Virus record (IMG/VR): IMGVR_UViG_3300032167_000002
Location: 24,286-88,285 of that record
Reading direction: 5' to 3' (one strand)
DNA from: a virus
Taxonomy: Duplodnaviria; Heunggongvirae; Uroviricota; Caudoviricetes
DNA length: 64,000 nt
Below the pieces are notes generated by a model that searched no databases, had not been told where the DNA came from, and saw only the letters and a program-made list of their open reading frames with translations. Shown here piece by piece: positions 37,433 through 49,848 of this stretch (position 1 is the first letter of the stretch; each line of letters opens with the position of its first letter). The translations under genes were made by a program, and so were the position numbers.

Positions 37433-39088
37433 TTGGAGTTGAGTAGACAAGAAGAAATCCGTTCAAAAGGTTTTAATATGATGGATAATCGAATTACCGA
37501 ATATGGTAAGATTAAAATCAATACTAAAACTTTGGATGATGCTGTTTTAAATCTTGGCGCGATTCAAGGTGTTACCCGTGGCGTTATTAATAAGGCTATT
37601 ATTTATCGTGCTTTGATGGATAACGATGTTGTCCGTTTGCGTGAGATTTCTAATTATTTCTATAAGGCTAGCGGTATTTATCAACGTGTTTGTAATTATG
37701 CGGCAACCATGTATAGATATGACTGGTATGTTGTACCTGAAGTATTTGACGAGGCTGCTAAGACAAATGAGAAGATTTTAACTGATTTGAATAAAGTCCT
37801 CCATTATCTTGATAATTCTTACATCGCTAAAGTTTGCGGTGATATTGCTCTTGGAGTTGTGAAGAATGGCGCTTATTATGGCTATATTGTTCATAGTCCA
37901 AAAGGAGTAATCATTCAAGAACTTCCCATTAATTACTGTCGTAGTCGTTTCAACCAAGGTAATTTACCTGTTGTTGAATTTAATATGAAATTCTTTGATT
38001 AGGCTTTTCCAGACACCACTTACCGTATGCAAGTATTGAATATGTTCCCTGACGAGTTTAAGAAAGGCTATGTCGCTTACAAGAGTGGAAAGTTGAGTAG
38101 ACAGAAGTCTCTTGGTCAAGACCCAACCGTTGGTGGTTACTTGGGTAGCCGTTGGGTGGACGATTCTGGTTGGTGGATGCTGGAACCTCAGAACACTGTG
38201 AAATTCAGTTTCGCTAATGGTGGCAATGGTGCCGCCGACATCCCTTTATTTATCAACGCTATTCCTGCAATTCTGGATTTGGATGCGGCTCAAGATTTGG
38301 ACCGTAGAAAGCAAATGCAGAAATTGTTGAAAATTGTAGTCCAGAAGTTACCAATGGATAAAAATGGAGATTTGATTTTCGACGTTGATGAAGCAAGAGA
38401 TATTCATAATAATGCTGTGCAAATGTTAAAGCGTGCGGTCGGCGTCGATGTGTTGACCACATTTGCAGACATTGATAGTATTGATATGTCAGATAAAAAT
38501 ACCACTACTTCACAAGATGATTTAGCTAAAGTGGAGCGTAGTGTGTTTAATGCTCTTGGTATTTCTCAGAATATGTTTAATACCGATGGTAATTTGGCAT
38601 TAACTCAATCTATTTTAAATGATGAAGCTGCTTTACGCACATTATTATTACAATTTGAGATTTTCTTTGATAGAATCACTCAATCATTGAGTGGGGCAAA
38701 GAAGAAATATAACTTCAGATTATATATGCTGGAAACCACACAATATAATTATAAAGAGTTAGCTAAGATGTATAAAGAACAAGTCCAAATGGGATATTCA
38801 AAAATGTTACCCCAAATTGCGTTGGGTCACTCCCAGAGCTTTATCTTAAATACTGCTTACTTTGAGAATGAAGTTATGAAGTTGAGTGAGATTATGATTC
38901 CTCCTCTAATGTCTTCTACTATGAAAATGGAAGATTTAAAAGGTGGGGGCAATTCTAATTAGACTCAAACAAATAAAACTCAAACTAATACAGGAGGATA
39001 GACTTCTGAGAAATCTGCGGGCCGTCCGGAAAAACCAGACTCCGAGAAATCTGAAAAGACTATCCAAAATAAAGAATCTATGAGCTAA
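37433..39088 (+). CDS. Portal protein, 551 aa (3 TAG)
   Basis: Position after terminase, size, C-terminal low-complexity AGRPEK motif. Confidence 0.75.
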
Positions 39089-39101
39089 GGAGGAGATTAA
39101 A

Positions 39102-40640
39102 ATGCCAATGCATACAAGTATTAAATTGGACACACCTGTTGAATTTATCAATATCACTCCTCTTAATCCTTTGATTTCTAAATGTCAAATTAAAGTGTGT
39201 TATGTTGGTGATGAACCAAATCGTAATAGAAGTATTATTACCAAGGAGACTGCTAAACAAATGGCAAACTCCCTCCCCGGCTGCCCTATTGTCGGATTTT
39301 ATAATGAAGAAAAGGGCGACTTTGAGGAGCATAACCGCATTATTGATATTTCAAATGGTAAGTTTGAAATTAAGGATACAACTAGACCCTATGGATTTGT
39401 TGATTTAAATGCTAAGGTTTGGTTTCAAAAGTTTTTAGATGATGGAATGAATGAGCGTGAATATATGATGACTGAAGGCTGGCTATGGACTGGTCAGTAT
39501 CCCGAGTGTCGTAGAATTTTATCCCAGGGTAATAATCATTCTATGGAACTCGATGAAGACACAATTGATGCACATTGGTCAAAAGATGGTAATGGAGAAC
39601 CTAAATTTTTCATTATCAATGAAGCAATTATCTCAAAACTTTGTACATTGGGTGTGAATAATGAACCTTGCTTCGAAGGTTCTACTATTGGTGCCCCTGT
39701 AATTCAATTCGCTTTTGCTGATGGTTTTAAAGAGCAAGTATTCTCTATGATGAACGAATTGAAAGAATTACTAAATAAAGGAGGAGAAAAAGTGTTTACT
39801 AGATACGCTGTTGAAATCGGTGACGCTTTGTGGACCGCTCTTTATAGCCATGTAGAAGGTACTTACGGCATTGAGAGTGTCTGTGAAGACGAGGGACAGA
39901 AGCTATTTGCTGTTCTAACTGCCGATGAAAAGTACTATCGTCTTGATTTCTCCGTTGCCGAAGATGGCTCTGTTGTGTTTGCGGCCGAGGCTCAGTTATT
40001 GGAGGATTATACTCCAGCTGAAGAGCCACAGTTCGACGCAGCCGCAGTTGCTGAATATGCTAAGTCAAAGAAGGACGAGGGTAAGAAGCCCGAGGACGAC
40101 GATGATGAGGGCGGCGAAGAGGAAAAATGCCCTAAGTGTGGAAAGAAGAAGTCCGAGTGTGAGTGCGAGGATGACGACGATTCCGATGATGAGGACGAGA
40201 AAAAGAAAAAGCAGGGCAAAAAGGAAAAATACAATCTTGAGGAAATTCAAGAATATGTAGAGCTAAGCAATAAATATTCTGCTTTAGAGACTGATTATGC
40301 TAATGCACAGTCCACTATCACTACTCTACAGAGCCAGCTAAATGAGTTGACTACTTTCAAGAAGGGTATTGAGAAGGCAGAAAAAGAGAAGATGATTGCA
40401 AGTTTCTATATGCTTTCTGATGAAGATAAGAAAGATGTCGTAGAAAATATTGACAAATATTCTCCAAAAGAAATTGAAGCAGAGCTTTCTATTTTATGTG
40501 TTCGCAACAAGGTCAGTTTCAACCTTGATGATGATAAGAACGATGGCAAAGACCCAATGACCTTTAGTTTAAATGGTGGCATGAATGATGATGCTCCAGC
40601 TTGGATTAAAGCTATTCGTTCTGTTGCGAGTGAAATGTAA
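39102..40640 (+). CDS. Prohead protease/scaffold-like protein
   Basis: N-terminal globular domain (NRNRS.I...PIVG) followed by an acidic coiled-coil; lies between portal and capsid. Confidence 0.65.
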   Translation: MPMHTSIKLDTPVEFINITPLNPLISKCQIKVCYVGDEPNRNRSIITKETAKQMANSLPGCPIVGFYNEEKGDFEEHNRIIDISNGKFEIKDTTRPYGFVDLNAKVWFQKFLDDGMNEREYMMTEGWLWTGQYPECRRILSQGNNHSMELDEDTIDAHWSKDGNGEPKFFIINEAIISKLCTLGVNNEPCFEGSTIGAPVIQFAFADGFKEQVFSMMNELKELLNKGGEKVFTRYAVEIGDALWTALYSHVEGTYGIESVCEDEGQKLFAVLTADEKYYRLDFSVAEDGSVVFAAEAQLLEDYTPAEEPQFDAAAVAEYAKSKKDEGKKPEDDDDEGGEEEKCPKCGKKKSECECEDDDDSDDEDEKKKKQGKKEKYNLEEIQEYVELSNKYSALETDYANAQSTITTLQSQLNELTTFKKGIEKAEKEKMIASFYMLSDEDKKDVVENIDKYSPKEIEAELSILCVRNKVSFNLDDDKNDGKDPMTFSLNGGMNDDAPAWIKAIRSVASEM

Positions 40641-40667
40641 TAAAAACTAAAAGGAGGAAATATAGAA

Positions 40668-41552
40668 ATGCTTAAAGAGTTTTTAAGTAAGCATATTACT
40701 AGTCAGGCTTCTGTGAAGAATGGCGGATATGTTGAACTGGGCTACGGCCAGGTTGAGCCTAACCACTTGTCTGCACAGCGCACTGCTCAGATTTATGCTC
40801 AGTTACCTGCAGACCCCTCTATTGAGGTTCTGGAGCAGGGACAGTTTGTTAAGTATGACTATGCAGCTGGCCTTGTAAACTTTGGTTCTGATGACCATGA
40901 TACTGGTGAATGGATGCTGGTTTACAACGAAACTAAGTTGTATCGTGAGCATCAGTTGGATTGCGAATTCGCAATGATTAAGGGCAACTATCAGGCCCGT
41001 GTTTATAGTCCATTGGATGGCGATAACAGCAAGATGGCTGAGGAGCTATATGGACCTACTCGTTTGCTACAGGGTGTTAGCGAAGTGTATAAGAATGGCT
41101 CTTTTGAAGCAAGACCTGTTTTTGACGCTAATGGTAATGTTGTTGCGCCAGTTGTTGATGAAGAGACTGGTAAAGTAAGTTATCCTGGCGTTGACGATTT
41201 TGGTGTCGCTTCTACTGTTTATGACCCATATGAGATGAACGATATTAACAATCCTGAAATTAAGGAAGATTATCGTCGTCGTTTGTTTATGAAGCTGCGT
41301 GCTGTTAAGCATCCTGAGAAGATGATGCCTACTGGCACTACTATGGTACCTCGTGTATTCAAGACTAATGTTGGTGACCATTATACTACTAACATGATTC
41401 TTGAGTCTGAATTGGCTGTTGGTGATATTTTGGCACCTAATGCTAAGGGTATCTTGGCTAAGGATAACAGCCAGGCTATGAAATGGCAGGTTGTTAAGGT
41501 TTATACTATGCCCGACCATCAAAAGGGCGTTAAGATTCTACGTATTGCGTAA
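40668..41552 (+). CDS. Head structural (decoration/cement-like) protein
   Basis: Directly upstream of the major capsid gene; strong codon bias; no TAG. Confidence 0.55.
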   Translation: MLKEFLSKHITSQASVKNGGYVELGYGQVEPNHLSAQRTAQIYAQLPADPSIEVLEQGQFVKYDYAAGLVNFGSDDHDTGEWMLVYNETKLYREHQLDCEFAMIKGNYQARVYSPLDGDNSKMAEELYGPTRLLQGVSEVYKNGSFEARPVFDANGNVVAPVVDEETGKVSYPGVDDFGVASTVYDPYEMNDINNPEIKEDYRRRLFMKLRAVKHPEKMMPTGTTMVPRVFKTNVGDHYTTNMILESELAVGDILAPNAKGILAKDNSQAMKWQVVKVYTMPDHQKGVKILRIA

Positions 41553-41569
41553 GAAAGGAGAGAAGAGTA

Positions 41570-42682
41570 ATGGCTTTAGATAGAAATAATTTAGTACAGT
41601 TGGCTAAGACTGTTGCAAAGGCTGACCCTTCTGCTTCTGTGTCTTATAGCTTTAACGGTGAAAACTTTAGTTATGCCGCTTTGAACGAGACTCTACGTCG
41701 TGAGTTCAATGAGTTGGCTGGTACTTATTCTTTATATCGTGATAACAAGAATTTGATTTTCTCTGTTATCGAAGAGACTTTGGACGAGGTTCTGCCTAAG
41801 AAGGTTGAAATGGCTTATATGCAGTTCGCCGAGACTAAGCAGTTCGCTCAGGGCGACAAGCCTATTTTCCGTCGTAAGAGAGACGTTCGTTCTCGTGCTA
41901 AGCAGTTCATCACTCGTGTTGGATTGGCTGGTATTTACGAAGTATTTAAGCTAGGTCCTGCAGAAGAAGAGAGCTTCGAAGTTCGTACTTCTGCTATCGG
42001 TGGAGCTGCTCAGATTGGATTCGAGGAGTTCCTAGACGGTCGTGTGGACTTCGCTGAAGTAACTAATATTGTTATGGAAGGTATGGATGAGTTAATTATG
42101 AAGGAAGTTGGACATGCTCTAGCTGCTTCTGTTAACCAGTTACCTCCTGCAAATATTGTTGTTGCTACTGGCTTCGATGAAAAGGCTTTCGACAACTTGT
42201 TGGTTATCGCTTCCGCTTATGGTGAGCCTTCTATTTACTGCACTTATGAGTTCGCAGTTAAGATGGTTCCTGAGCAGGGTTGGCGTTGGACTGAGAATAT
42301 GAAGCAAGAGTTGTGGGATACTGGTCACTTGGCTATGTACAAGGGACGTAAGGTTATCATCCTACCTCAGGGCTTGGAAGACGAGACCAATACTCGTAAG
42401 GTAATCAATCCTGGTTATTGCTATATCATCCCAAGTGGTGCTGATAGCAAGCCTGTTAAGATTGCTTTCGAGGGTGGTACAATCGTTGACGAGTATGTAA
42501 ATGCTGACCGTTCTCGTGAGATTCAGGTTTACAAGAAGGTTGGCGTAACTGCTATGTTAGCTAATAACATCTGCGCTTATGCTGATACTGAGTTGCTAGG
42601 TCAGTATGATTTGGCTGACTCTATTTGGGACAGCTCTAACTATGTTGATATGTCCTATAACGTTAAGGACGTTAATGCCTAA
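41570..42682 (+). CDS. Major capsid protein
   Basis: 370 aa, high-expression codon bias, synteny, followed by a terminator. Confidence 0.8.
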   Translation: MALDRNNLVQLAKTVAKADPSASVSYSFNGENFSYAALNETLRREFNELAGTYSLYRDNKNLIFSVIEETLDEVLPKKVEMAYMQFAETKQFAQGDKPIFRRKRDVRSRAKQFITRVGLAGIYEVFKLGPAEEESFEVRTSAIGGAAQIGFEEFLDGRVDFAEVTNIVMEGMDELIMKEVGHALAASVNQLPPANIVVATGFDEKAFDNLLVIASAYGEPSIYCTYEFAVKMVPEQGWRWTENMKQELWDTGHLAMYKGRKVIILPQGLEDETNTRKVINPGYCYIIPSGADSKPVKIAFEGGTIVDEYVNADRSREIQVYKKVGVTAMLANNICAYADTELLGQYDLADSIWDSSNYVDMSYNVKDVNA

Positions 42683-42704
42683 TTAAATATTAATATATAA
42701 CTAA

Positions 42705-42745
42705 GAGGGGGAAGTGGGGATATCCCCTCTTCCCCCTTTTTTTCA
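42705..42745 (+). terminator. Intrinsic terminator after the capsid gene
   Basis: gggggaag...cttccccc followed by a T-run. Confidence 0.75.
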
Positions 42746-42776
42746 TTTTAAAAACAGAGAAAAAGGAGATATAAAA

Positions 42777-43397
42777 ATGAGTACAATGTATAGAGTAAAA
42801 AACCGTGGTGCAAGCACCGTTGTTTATAAGATTCCAGACAAGGGAATTCGTAGAGAATTCAAGCCTGGTCAGATTATTCCAATTAGTTCTGAAGAGTTAG
42901 AAGAATTAACTTTCCAGCCTGGTGGAGTTACTATGTTAAGTCAATTCTTGCAGATTTTGGACCTTGAAGGAATTCAAGCTGCTCGTATTAAGACTGAACC
43001 TGAATATCATATGAGTGAAGCTGATGTTGCCAAGTTGATTACTAGTGGTTCCTTGGATGCTTTCTTGGATGCACTTGACTTTGCTCCCATTGGAGTTATT
43101 GATTTAATTAAGAAGTTGAGTATTTCTATTCCTATGGTTGATATCCCAAAGCGTAAGGCTTTGAAGGAAAAGACTGGTTTTGATGTGGAAGCCGCATTGA
43201 AGCACAATGAGGAAGATAAAGAAGATGACCAGAAGACAATCTTGAAAACTAATAATGGTGGCGAGCGTAGAGTACAGCCTGCTGCAGCTCCTGCCGGACG
43301 TCGTACAGCACCTACTGTAACTGCTCCTGCGGCCGCACCTAAATATAATATTGTTACTAAACCTGCAGTTGAGGCTCCTGCTGAATCTGCTGAATAA
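42777..43397 (+). CDS. Hypothetical virion-associated protein
   Basis: SD AAGGAG; Ala/Pro-rich tail. Confidence 0.65.
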   Translation: MSTMYRVKNRGASTVVYKIPDKGIRREFKPGQIIPISSEELEELTFQPGGVTMLSQFLQILDLEGIQAARIKTEPEYHMSEADVAKLITSGSLDAFLDALDFAPIGVIDLIKKLSISIPMVDIPKRKALKEKTGFDVEAALKHNEEDKEDDQKTILKTNNGGERRVQPAAAPAGRRTAPTVTAPAAAPKYNIVTKPAVEAPAESAE

Positions 43398-43416
43398 TAA
43401 ATAAGGAGGCAATTAT

Positions 43417-43995
43417 ATGGCTGAGACACAATTTTCGGCTGTTTATAATCGCTTTCTTGGACAAGTTACCGATGATTTATACTTGGAATTAACTCCCGAA
43501 GATACTTTAAAAGATTTGCAAAATCTTTTAATTAATGCAATTCCTGGTTTTGAATTTCCTCGTCAAGATTTATACAATTATACGATTGAAGTTAGAACTA
43601 TGGGAGCGGATGAATTAACTCCCGATGATTTTGTATTGGGAACTGTTTGGGGAGAGTTACCAAGTGACACATTGTAGACTCCAAATGTTTTAGTTGATAA
43701 GTCTCGATTTAATGTTGAGCTTACTCAAGAAGAAATCAACATCCTGGCGCTTTTAATGAAGCAAGGTTGGGTTCAGCGCCAGGTTGCTTCTATCGAAAAT
43801 ACTCGAATGAAATATAGTGGCTCTGATTTTAAAATGACTTCTCAAGCGAACCACTTATCTAAGCTATTGTCTTTATTGACTGAGGCTCGCAGAGATTCGT
43901 TCCATATGCAACGCTTATATAAACGCAGAAAACCTGCGGAAGGCGGTTATAAGAGCAACTGGTCTAGCTTAATGGAGGTTAGTGCTCTTGACTAA
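43417..43995 (+). CDS. Putative head-tail connector, 192 aa (1 TAG)
   Basis: Two track ORFs in one frame joined at TAG 43675-43677; synteny. Confidence 0.6.
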
Positions 43996-44290
43996 ATATG
44001 GATTTGATTTTGATGATAGAAGCATTGATGTAAATGTTCGTCGTTTAACCAACCAACTTTGGAAATTAATTCCAATGCGCGAGCATGAAGAAGATTGGCC
44101 TAAACAATTAGATACAGTTATTTTAGAAATTGCGGGCATGAATGAAGTATTCATGAACCCGCAATTTTTACAGCTGCTATGTAAATTAGAGGGACTGAAA
44201 GCTCAAGAGACGAATTTTGAACTATACCGCAAGACTGTGTTTGAAAGCATTAGTCTTTTGTAGGAGTTAAGCCATGGCATCAGGTTATGA
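43982..44290 (+). CDS. Hypothetical neck-region protein (1 TAG)
   Basis: Overlaps both neighbours when TAG 44261-44263 is read through. Confidence 0.55.
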
Positions 44291-45491
44291 TTTAAGTAGC
44301 CGTGTCCCTTTTAGATTAATGAAAGGTCGATTAGGAGTTTACGATAAAAGACCGTTTGACCCAGCTGGTTCTACTGCCGAACAACTTGAATAGCAAAATC
44401 GTGTAGAAGAATTGATGAAAGTAATTAAAAATATGAACATTGATTTAGATACTGTAACAATCCAAAAGATTGAGAATTTGTTGTCACAAGATAAAATTGA
44501 TGAGGCTGGTATCGTATTGACGCAACTAGACCCCAAAATTACTGGTATTTGGGAACAAGCTACTCGTTTTCGTCAGGCGGGCGGTAACAGACAGCAAGAA
44601 CGTATGATTAAAGACAAGCGTCGTTCTTTAGACCATGCAGTTTGGAATTCTTATCAGGCTGCTGAGGTCGTGCGAGTGGATGCGGAGAACCGCAAGCCAG
44701 TTCGCGCACTTATTAATCCAAATAAACTAAAACAAGACTATGATGATAAAATCATTTCTGTGGGTTTTGAATATAATTTCAAATGCGGCGATGTGTTTGA
44801 GTGGTTAGGTACAAAAACTCACTGGTTAGTTTATTTACAAGATTTAACTGAATTAGCTTATTTCCGTGGTGATATTCGCAAGTGCTCTTATTAGATTGCT
44901 TGGGAGGATGAAGATGGTATTCATACCACATATGCGGCCGTGCGCGGTCCAGTGGAAACTAAAATTAACTTCATTCAAAAACATGGAATTAGTGTTGACA
45001 CTCCTAATCACTCATTGAGTATTTTAATGCCAAAAAATGAATACACAATGAATTATTTTAAACGATATAGTAAGTTTTATCTTCAAGGCGATGATACTTG
45101 TTGGCGTGTTGAAGCTTCTGATTGGATTTCGACTCCTGGAATCTTGGAAGTTATCGCAGTAGAGTATTATGCTAATGAAACTGAGGATGATGTAGATGCT
45201 GGTATCGTTGGTGGTTTAATTGAACCAATTAAAGACCCAAATGAAGGAACTGTTGATGAAATGGATATTATTGGAGAAACATTTATTAAGGTTAAGAAAT
45301 TGTATGATTATGAATTTAATGGTACAAAAGCTGATGAATGGTATGTCGACAAGAAATATCCTGTTGAATTAATTCCTGACCCAACTGACCCAAGACGAGT
45401 ATCTGTTCGATGGGTTAGTTCTTATAGTGGACAATTTGAATTACTATATGGAGATTATAGTAAAACAATTGTTGTTGAGTCTTTATTTTAA
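44274..45491 (+). CDS. Putative head-closure/neck protein, 405 aa (2 TAG)
   Basis: Single frame from ATG 44274 to TAA 45489-45491. Confidence 0.6.
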
Positions 45492-45518
45492 TAATTAAGT
45501 GATAAAGGAGATATAGAT

Positions 45519-46103
45519 ATGAAAAGAGAAGTTTATTCTTATCCTAAATCAAGTTTTTTGTCTACTGAAAAAGATATGAATTTGATTGTTCAGATGATTA
45601 TGAAAAATGAGCGTCTGAAAAAAATGTTATACTACACAACTCGTGATTGTATGAATAAGCCTAATTTAACCGAGGATGAAACTCTTGGTTTATTTGGTGA
45701 ATAGATTAAGATTGTACCTAAGCTAACTGTTGATGGTTCAGTATTGAATTATATTATTGTTAGTTTTGATAATTTTACTGGTAATCGTAAGAATCCCGAG
45801 TTTAGAGATAATATTATTGAGTTTGACATTATTTGTCATTTTGACCAATGGAAAATGAAAGACTTTGAGTTGCGTCCTTATAAGATTGCGGCAGAGATTG
45901 ATTCTATGTTCAATGGAAAACATTTAACTGGAATTGGTGAGTTGGAATTTTTAGGCGCAAATCAAATGATTCTTACGGATGAATTTGGTGGATTGTGTTT
46001 AATGTATCAAGCTATCCATGGAGAAGAGGATAAAAAGAAAATGCCTAATCCTAATGATGAAGAAGACTTCATCAAAAACTTTGATGCAATGTTTAATAAT
46101 TGA
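45519..46103 (+). CDS. Putative tail-completion protein, 194 aa (1 TAG)
   Basis: Joined ORFs; IEFDIICH...RPYKIAAEIDSMF pattern; synteny. Confidence 0.55.
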
Positions 46104-46825
46104 TGGATACTCGATTATCTTTAATGTGCGGAACGGATTATCCCGTTCCTGAATGTTAGTTAGTTATTCATCAACCTCGCATCAAAGAGATTGCATTTAT
46201 AGGGGAAGCAGATTTTTTTACAGGTATTTAGTGTTTGTGCTTAAATAAATCCATGTTTATCAAGGACGAATCTCTTTTAAGAGATACAAATAATTTTCAA
46301 ATATTTATGACGATAATGTCAGAAAAAGAAGCGGCAGATAAAAAGTTTGCGGTGCAGCAAGTCTTTACTTTAATATTTCCAAAATATAAAGTAATGATGA
46401 CTCCACGCTCTGTGCTACTTAGTGGAGATGGAATGACAATTCAAATTGATGAAAAGAATTTTGAGTCATTACAAGCAGCGTTGACAAATATCTGTTGTCT
46501 GAAAACTGGCCCTATGGATTAGTAGAGTTTTAATCCAGCAAATGCTAAAGCTCGAGAGATAGCAGAAAAACTTATGCGAGGACGAGCTAAGGTTGCTGCT
46601 GAAAAGGGTCAAAGTAATATCAGTATATTTAGCCAGTATCTTTCAATACTTACAGTGGGATTACATATTCCTATGTAGGAGCTAATGGATTTAACCATGT
46701 TCCAATTATATGACTTAGTTGAAAGATATATGCTATATATTAATTGGGATATGGACGTCCGTTGTCGTTTGGCTGGAGGCAAACCCGACAATCAACCTGA
46801 CAATTGGATGAAAAATATTCACTAA
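46103..46825 (+). CDS. Hypothetical tail-region protein, 240 aa (several TAG)
   Basis: TGATG coupling; open frame to TAA 46823-46825. Confidence 0.6.
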
Positions 46826-46851
46826 CTAAAATTTTAAGGAGGATACAAACC

Positions 46852-47856
46852 ATGAAATTTGGCGTTCGCGAAATTTGTGATGTTGTCTTAAAGGCAAAGG
46901 CTAACCAGAAGGTTGGTAACAAGATTTTCTATAAGAACGAACCTGTTATCTATTTTGATACTCTGAAGACTTCTAGCATGGAGGGTGCTGCTACTACCGT
47001 TTATGCACAGGGCGGCCGTGGTAACTCTCGTTTGATGGCTTGGGAAGGTGAGCGTACCATTACTTTCACTATGGAAGATGCTCTAATCTCTCCCGCTGGC
47101 TTCATGATTCTATCTGGCGCAGGTTTGATTGAGGCTAGTGATGCTAAGCCCATTATGGTTCATACTACTGAGCAGACTGATGCTGTTGTTGTTGGCGATG
47201 GTGAAGTAACTATTACTCTACAGGAAGCTCCTTATGTACCTGAGTTGGGTAAGAGTGGCTATGGTGAAGATTTCATTTATGTTATGTTAATGCAGAATGG
47301 TGAAATCGTTACTGAGCCTTTCATTCCTAGTTCTGTTGAAGGCAATGTAATTAAGTTAACTGAAACTTGGACTGATGAAGCTCGTAGTGAGGTTAATCAG
47401 CAGGCTCGTGCTAACGATTTGAGTCCTTTCTATGCTGGTTGTGTTGTATTGGTTGACTACTATGTTGCTCGTAAGTCTATGGCACAGCAGATTGATATCA
47501 CTCCCGACAAGTTCGGTGGTAACTATTACCTAGAGGCTTCTACTCTGTTCCGTAATACTGAGGGTGTTGATATGCCTGCAGAGTTCGTAATTCCTAACTG
47601 CAAGATTCAGTCTAACTTTACTTTCACTATGGCATCTTCTGGCGACCCATCCACTTTCACTTTCACTATGGATGCATTCCCAGATTATACTCGTTTCGAC
47701 CGCACTAAGAAGGTTCTGGCAGCTATTCAGATTATTGAATCTGCTGATACCGATAGCGCTATCGACCGTGTAAGCACTCATTCTACTGATACTATTGACT
47801 TCAATGGCATGGTAGCTGGTACTCGTCCCTTTGCAGGTTTTGCAACTGAGGAATAA
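46852..47856 (+). CDS. Major tail (tube) protein
   Basis: SD AAGGAGG, high-expression codon bias, no TAG, following terminator, upstream of chaperone and tape measure genes. Confidence 0.75.
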   Translation: MKFGVREICDVVLKAKANQKVGNKIFYKNEPVIYFDTLKTSSMEGAATTVYAQGGRGNSRLMAWEGERTITFTMEDALISPAGFMILSGAGLIEASDAKPIMVHTTEQTDAVVVGDGEVTITLQEAPYVPELGKSGYGEDFIYVMLMQNGEIVTEPFIPSSVEGNVIKLTETWTDEARSEVNQQARANDLSPFYAGCVVLVDYYVARKSMAQQIDITPDKFGGNYYLEASTLFRNTEGVDMPAEFVIPNCKIQSNFTFTMASSGDPSTFTFTMDAFPDYTRFDRTKKVLAAIQIIESADTDSAIDRVSTHSTDTIDFNGMVAGTRPFAGFATEE

Positions 47857-47876
47857 TTGACAATTAAATAAATTTA

Positions 47877-47912
47877 AGGGGAGAGATTAAGAAATTAATC
47901 TCTCCCCTTTTT
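47877..47912 (+). terminator. Intrinsic terminator
   Basis: aaggggagagattaa-gaaa-ttaatctctcccctt followed by T's. Confidence 0.85.
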
Positions 47913-47939
47913 GTCATTTGTAGTAAAAGGAGGAATAGA

Positions 47940-49109
47940 ATGGCTGAAGGTATTATTTTTGGTGGACATTTATTGGATAAAGATACTTTTATTCAAATAT
48001 TTGAAGAATGGTATAATGAAAAAAATCAAGAATTTTATCACGATTTAGTAATATTAAAAGATGAAATATCTCAAATGTATACTATGGAATTAAGAGAGAG
48101 TCAGTCTCATCCAGGAGTATGGAAAAATGCTATGAGACGTCAGTCATCTTATAGTGCAAAAAAGATATATGAAAGATGGGAATAGATTCAAAAAAAATAT
48201 TTTGGTAATAATGCTGTTACCTTAATTGCTATTACTAAATTTGGAGAAAAAGAATTGACTTGGTCCTAGAATATAGAAGAAGCAAGTGTAATGACTGAGG
48301 GTGGTATTAATGTTACTAAAACTCAATTAAATACGGCAGTTGGTTCTTTGGATAAAGATTTAGCTGCATATGCGGCCGCTCAAGAGATTTAGAATTTTTT
48401 TAGACGACATTATAGTGATATGTGTAATCAACTTTCTGGCTATAAAATGAATAATACAGATGCTCAATTATTACATAAAACAATTTCTTCAAAATCTCCT
48501 TTGTATTAGTCTAGACATGAATCTTTTACTGGACGTAGTTATGGAGAAATTATTTTTGCTTCTTAGGGCAATGCCGAAGGTAAATAGTTAGATGCTTTTA
48601 TGAATCATGTGGCTCAATACAATAAACAATTATTTGGTTTAATGTCTGCTAGTGCTGTTAATAGTAATTAGCTTGTAAATTTAAAAATAGATGACCACGG
48701 TGGATTTTCAGGGATTTTTAGTTCTCCACAAGTAGTATAGCCTTGGTTATTAGCATCATTAAACTCAGCTAGTTGGTTGACAGGAGGAGACGTTGTTGTT
48801 ATTGATGAGTCTGGAGCCGTAATTTATAATATTTAGATTAAATCAACATTAGCAGATTCAGGTAAAAACTTTGAATTAGCATTAACAAGACTTGAGAGTT
48901 TAATTAATAGACTTATTAAAAGAATGGAAAGAATGCATGAAAATCCAAGATTAAAACCTAAGTCTTTAGCTAATATAATGTATAAGTCTTTAAAAACTAC
49001 TAGTAGCAATGATGTTGCTAAAAGCGAATCTTTTATGGAGACTGAAGCTTATAATACTGTGCGTAAAAACTTAAATTTAGCTCCAATCAATATAAAGTTT
49101 AATGTATAA
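47940..49109 (+). CDS. Hypothetical protein, 389 aa (9 in-frame TAG)
   Basis: Hand translation shows no TAA or TGA between ATG 47940 and TAA 49107-49109. Confidence 0.7.
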
Positions 49110-49112
49110 AAT

Positions 49113-49141
49113 TTGACAAATCAGAAATTTTCTGGTATAAT
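49113..49141 (+). promoter_or_regulatory. sigmaA-type promoter
   Basis: TTGACA-N17-TATAAT with extended TG. Confidence 0.75.
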
Positions 49142-49176
49142 ATAATTGTAAAATGAGATAAAGGAGGAGTTTAGCT

Positions 49177-49716
49177 ATGGCTAAAGTACCATTTTCAAAA
49201 CTTCAAGCTAAAGTAGACGGAGGGGCAACAAGTGTCTTTTATTATAATTTAGCAGGAGAAGAAGTTTATTATGAAGTAAAACATTATTTACCTTTTAAGG
49301 AAAAGCTTGAATTAGTATCAAACATTATTAATAAGTCTATTGATGATAATGGATTTTACAATCCAATGAGAGTAAAATTTAATATGGTATTAGAAATTAC
49401 TTATGCTTATACTAATTTAAGTTTCACTGAAAAAATGAAAGAAGACCCATTTAAATTATATGATATTTTAGTAAGCACTGGTATTTTTACAGATATTGTT
49501 GATGTTATTCGTGAAAAAGATTGGCAAGAAATTCAAGAAAATGTTTGGTCTACTATTAATAATATTTATCAATATAATAATTCTGTAATGGGAATTTTAG
49601 ATACATTAAAAGCTGATTATGATAATTTAAATTTTGATGCTACTGAAATCCAAAAGAAGATTGGGGACCCAGAGAATATGGCTTTATTGCGTGAAGTCCT
49701 AACTAAATTGGGCTAA
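49177..49716 (+). CDS. Putative tail assembly chaperone
   Basis: Immediately upstream of the tape measure gene. Confidence 0.55.
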   Translation: MAKVPFSKLQAKVDGGATSVFYYNLAGEEVYYEVKHYLPFKEKLELVSNIINKSIDDNGFYNPMRVKFNMVLEITYAYTNLSFTEKMKEDPFKLYDILVSTGIFTDIVDVIREKDWQEIQENVWSTINNIYQYNNSVMGILDTLKADYDNLNFDATEIQKKIGDPENMALLREVLTKLG

Positions 49717-49761
49717 TTAAATTATTCTTATTATTTAGATTTTTAAATTTTAATAGGAATA

Positions 49762-49802
49762 GTCGGGGATGAGAATTTGATTATTCTCATCCCCGATTTT
49801 TT
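49762..49802 (+). terminator. Intrinsic terminator between chaperone and tape measure genes
   Basis: tcggggatgagaat...attctcatccccga followed by a T-run. Confidence 0.8.
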
Positions 49803-49848
49803 ATTTTGCAAAATAAAAAATTAGGAGAGAAAGGAGATAAAAATTTGT

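Noticed and set aside
49690-49720. Programmed -1 frameshift in the tail chaperone gene
   Set aside because: No clear slippery heptamer near the stop codon, and a terminator follows.
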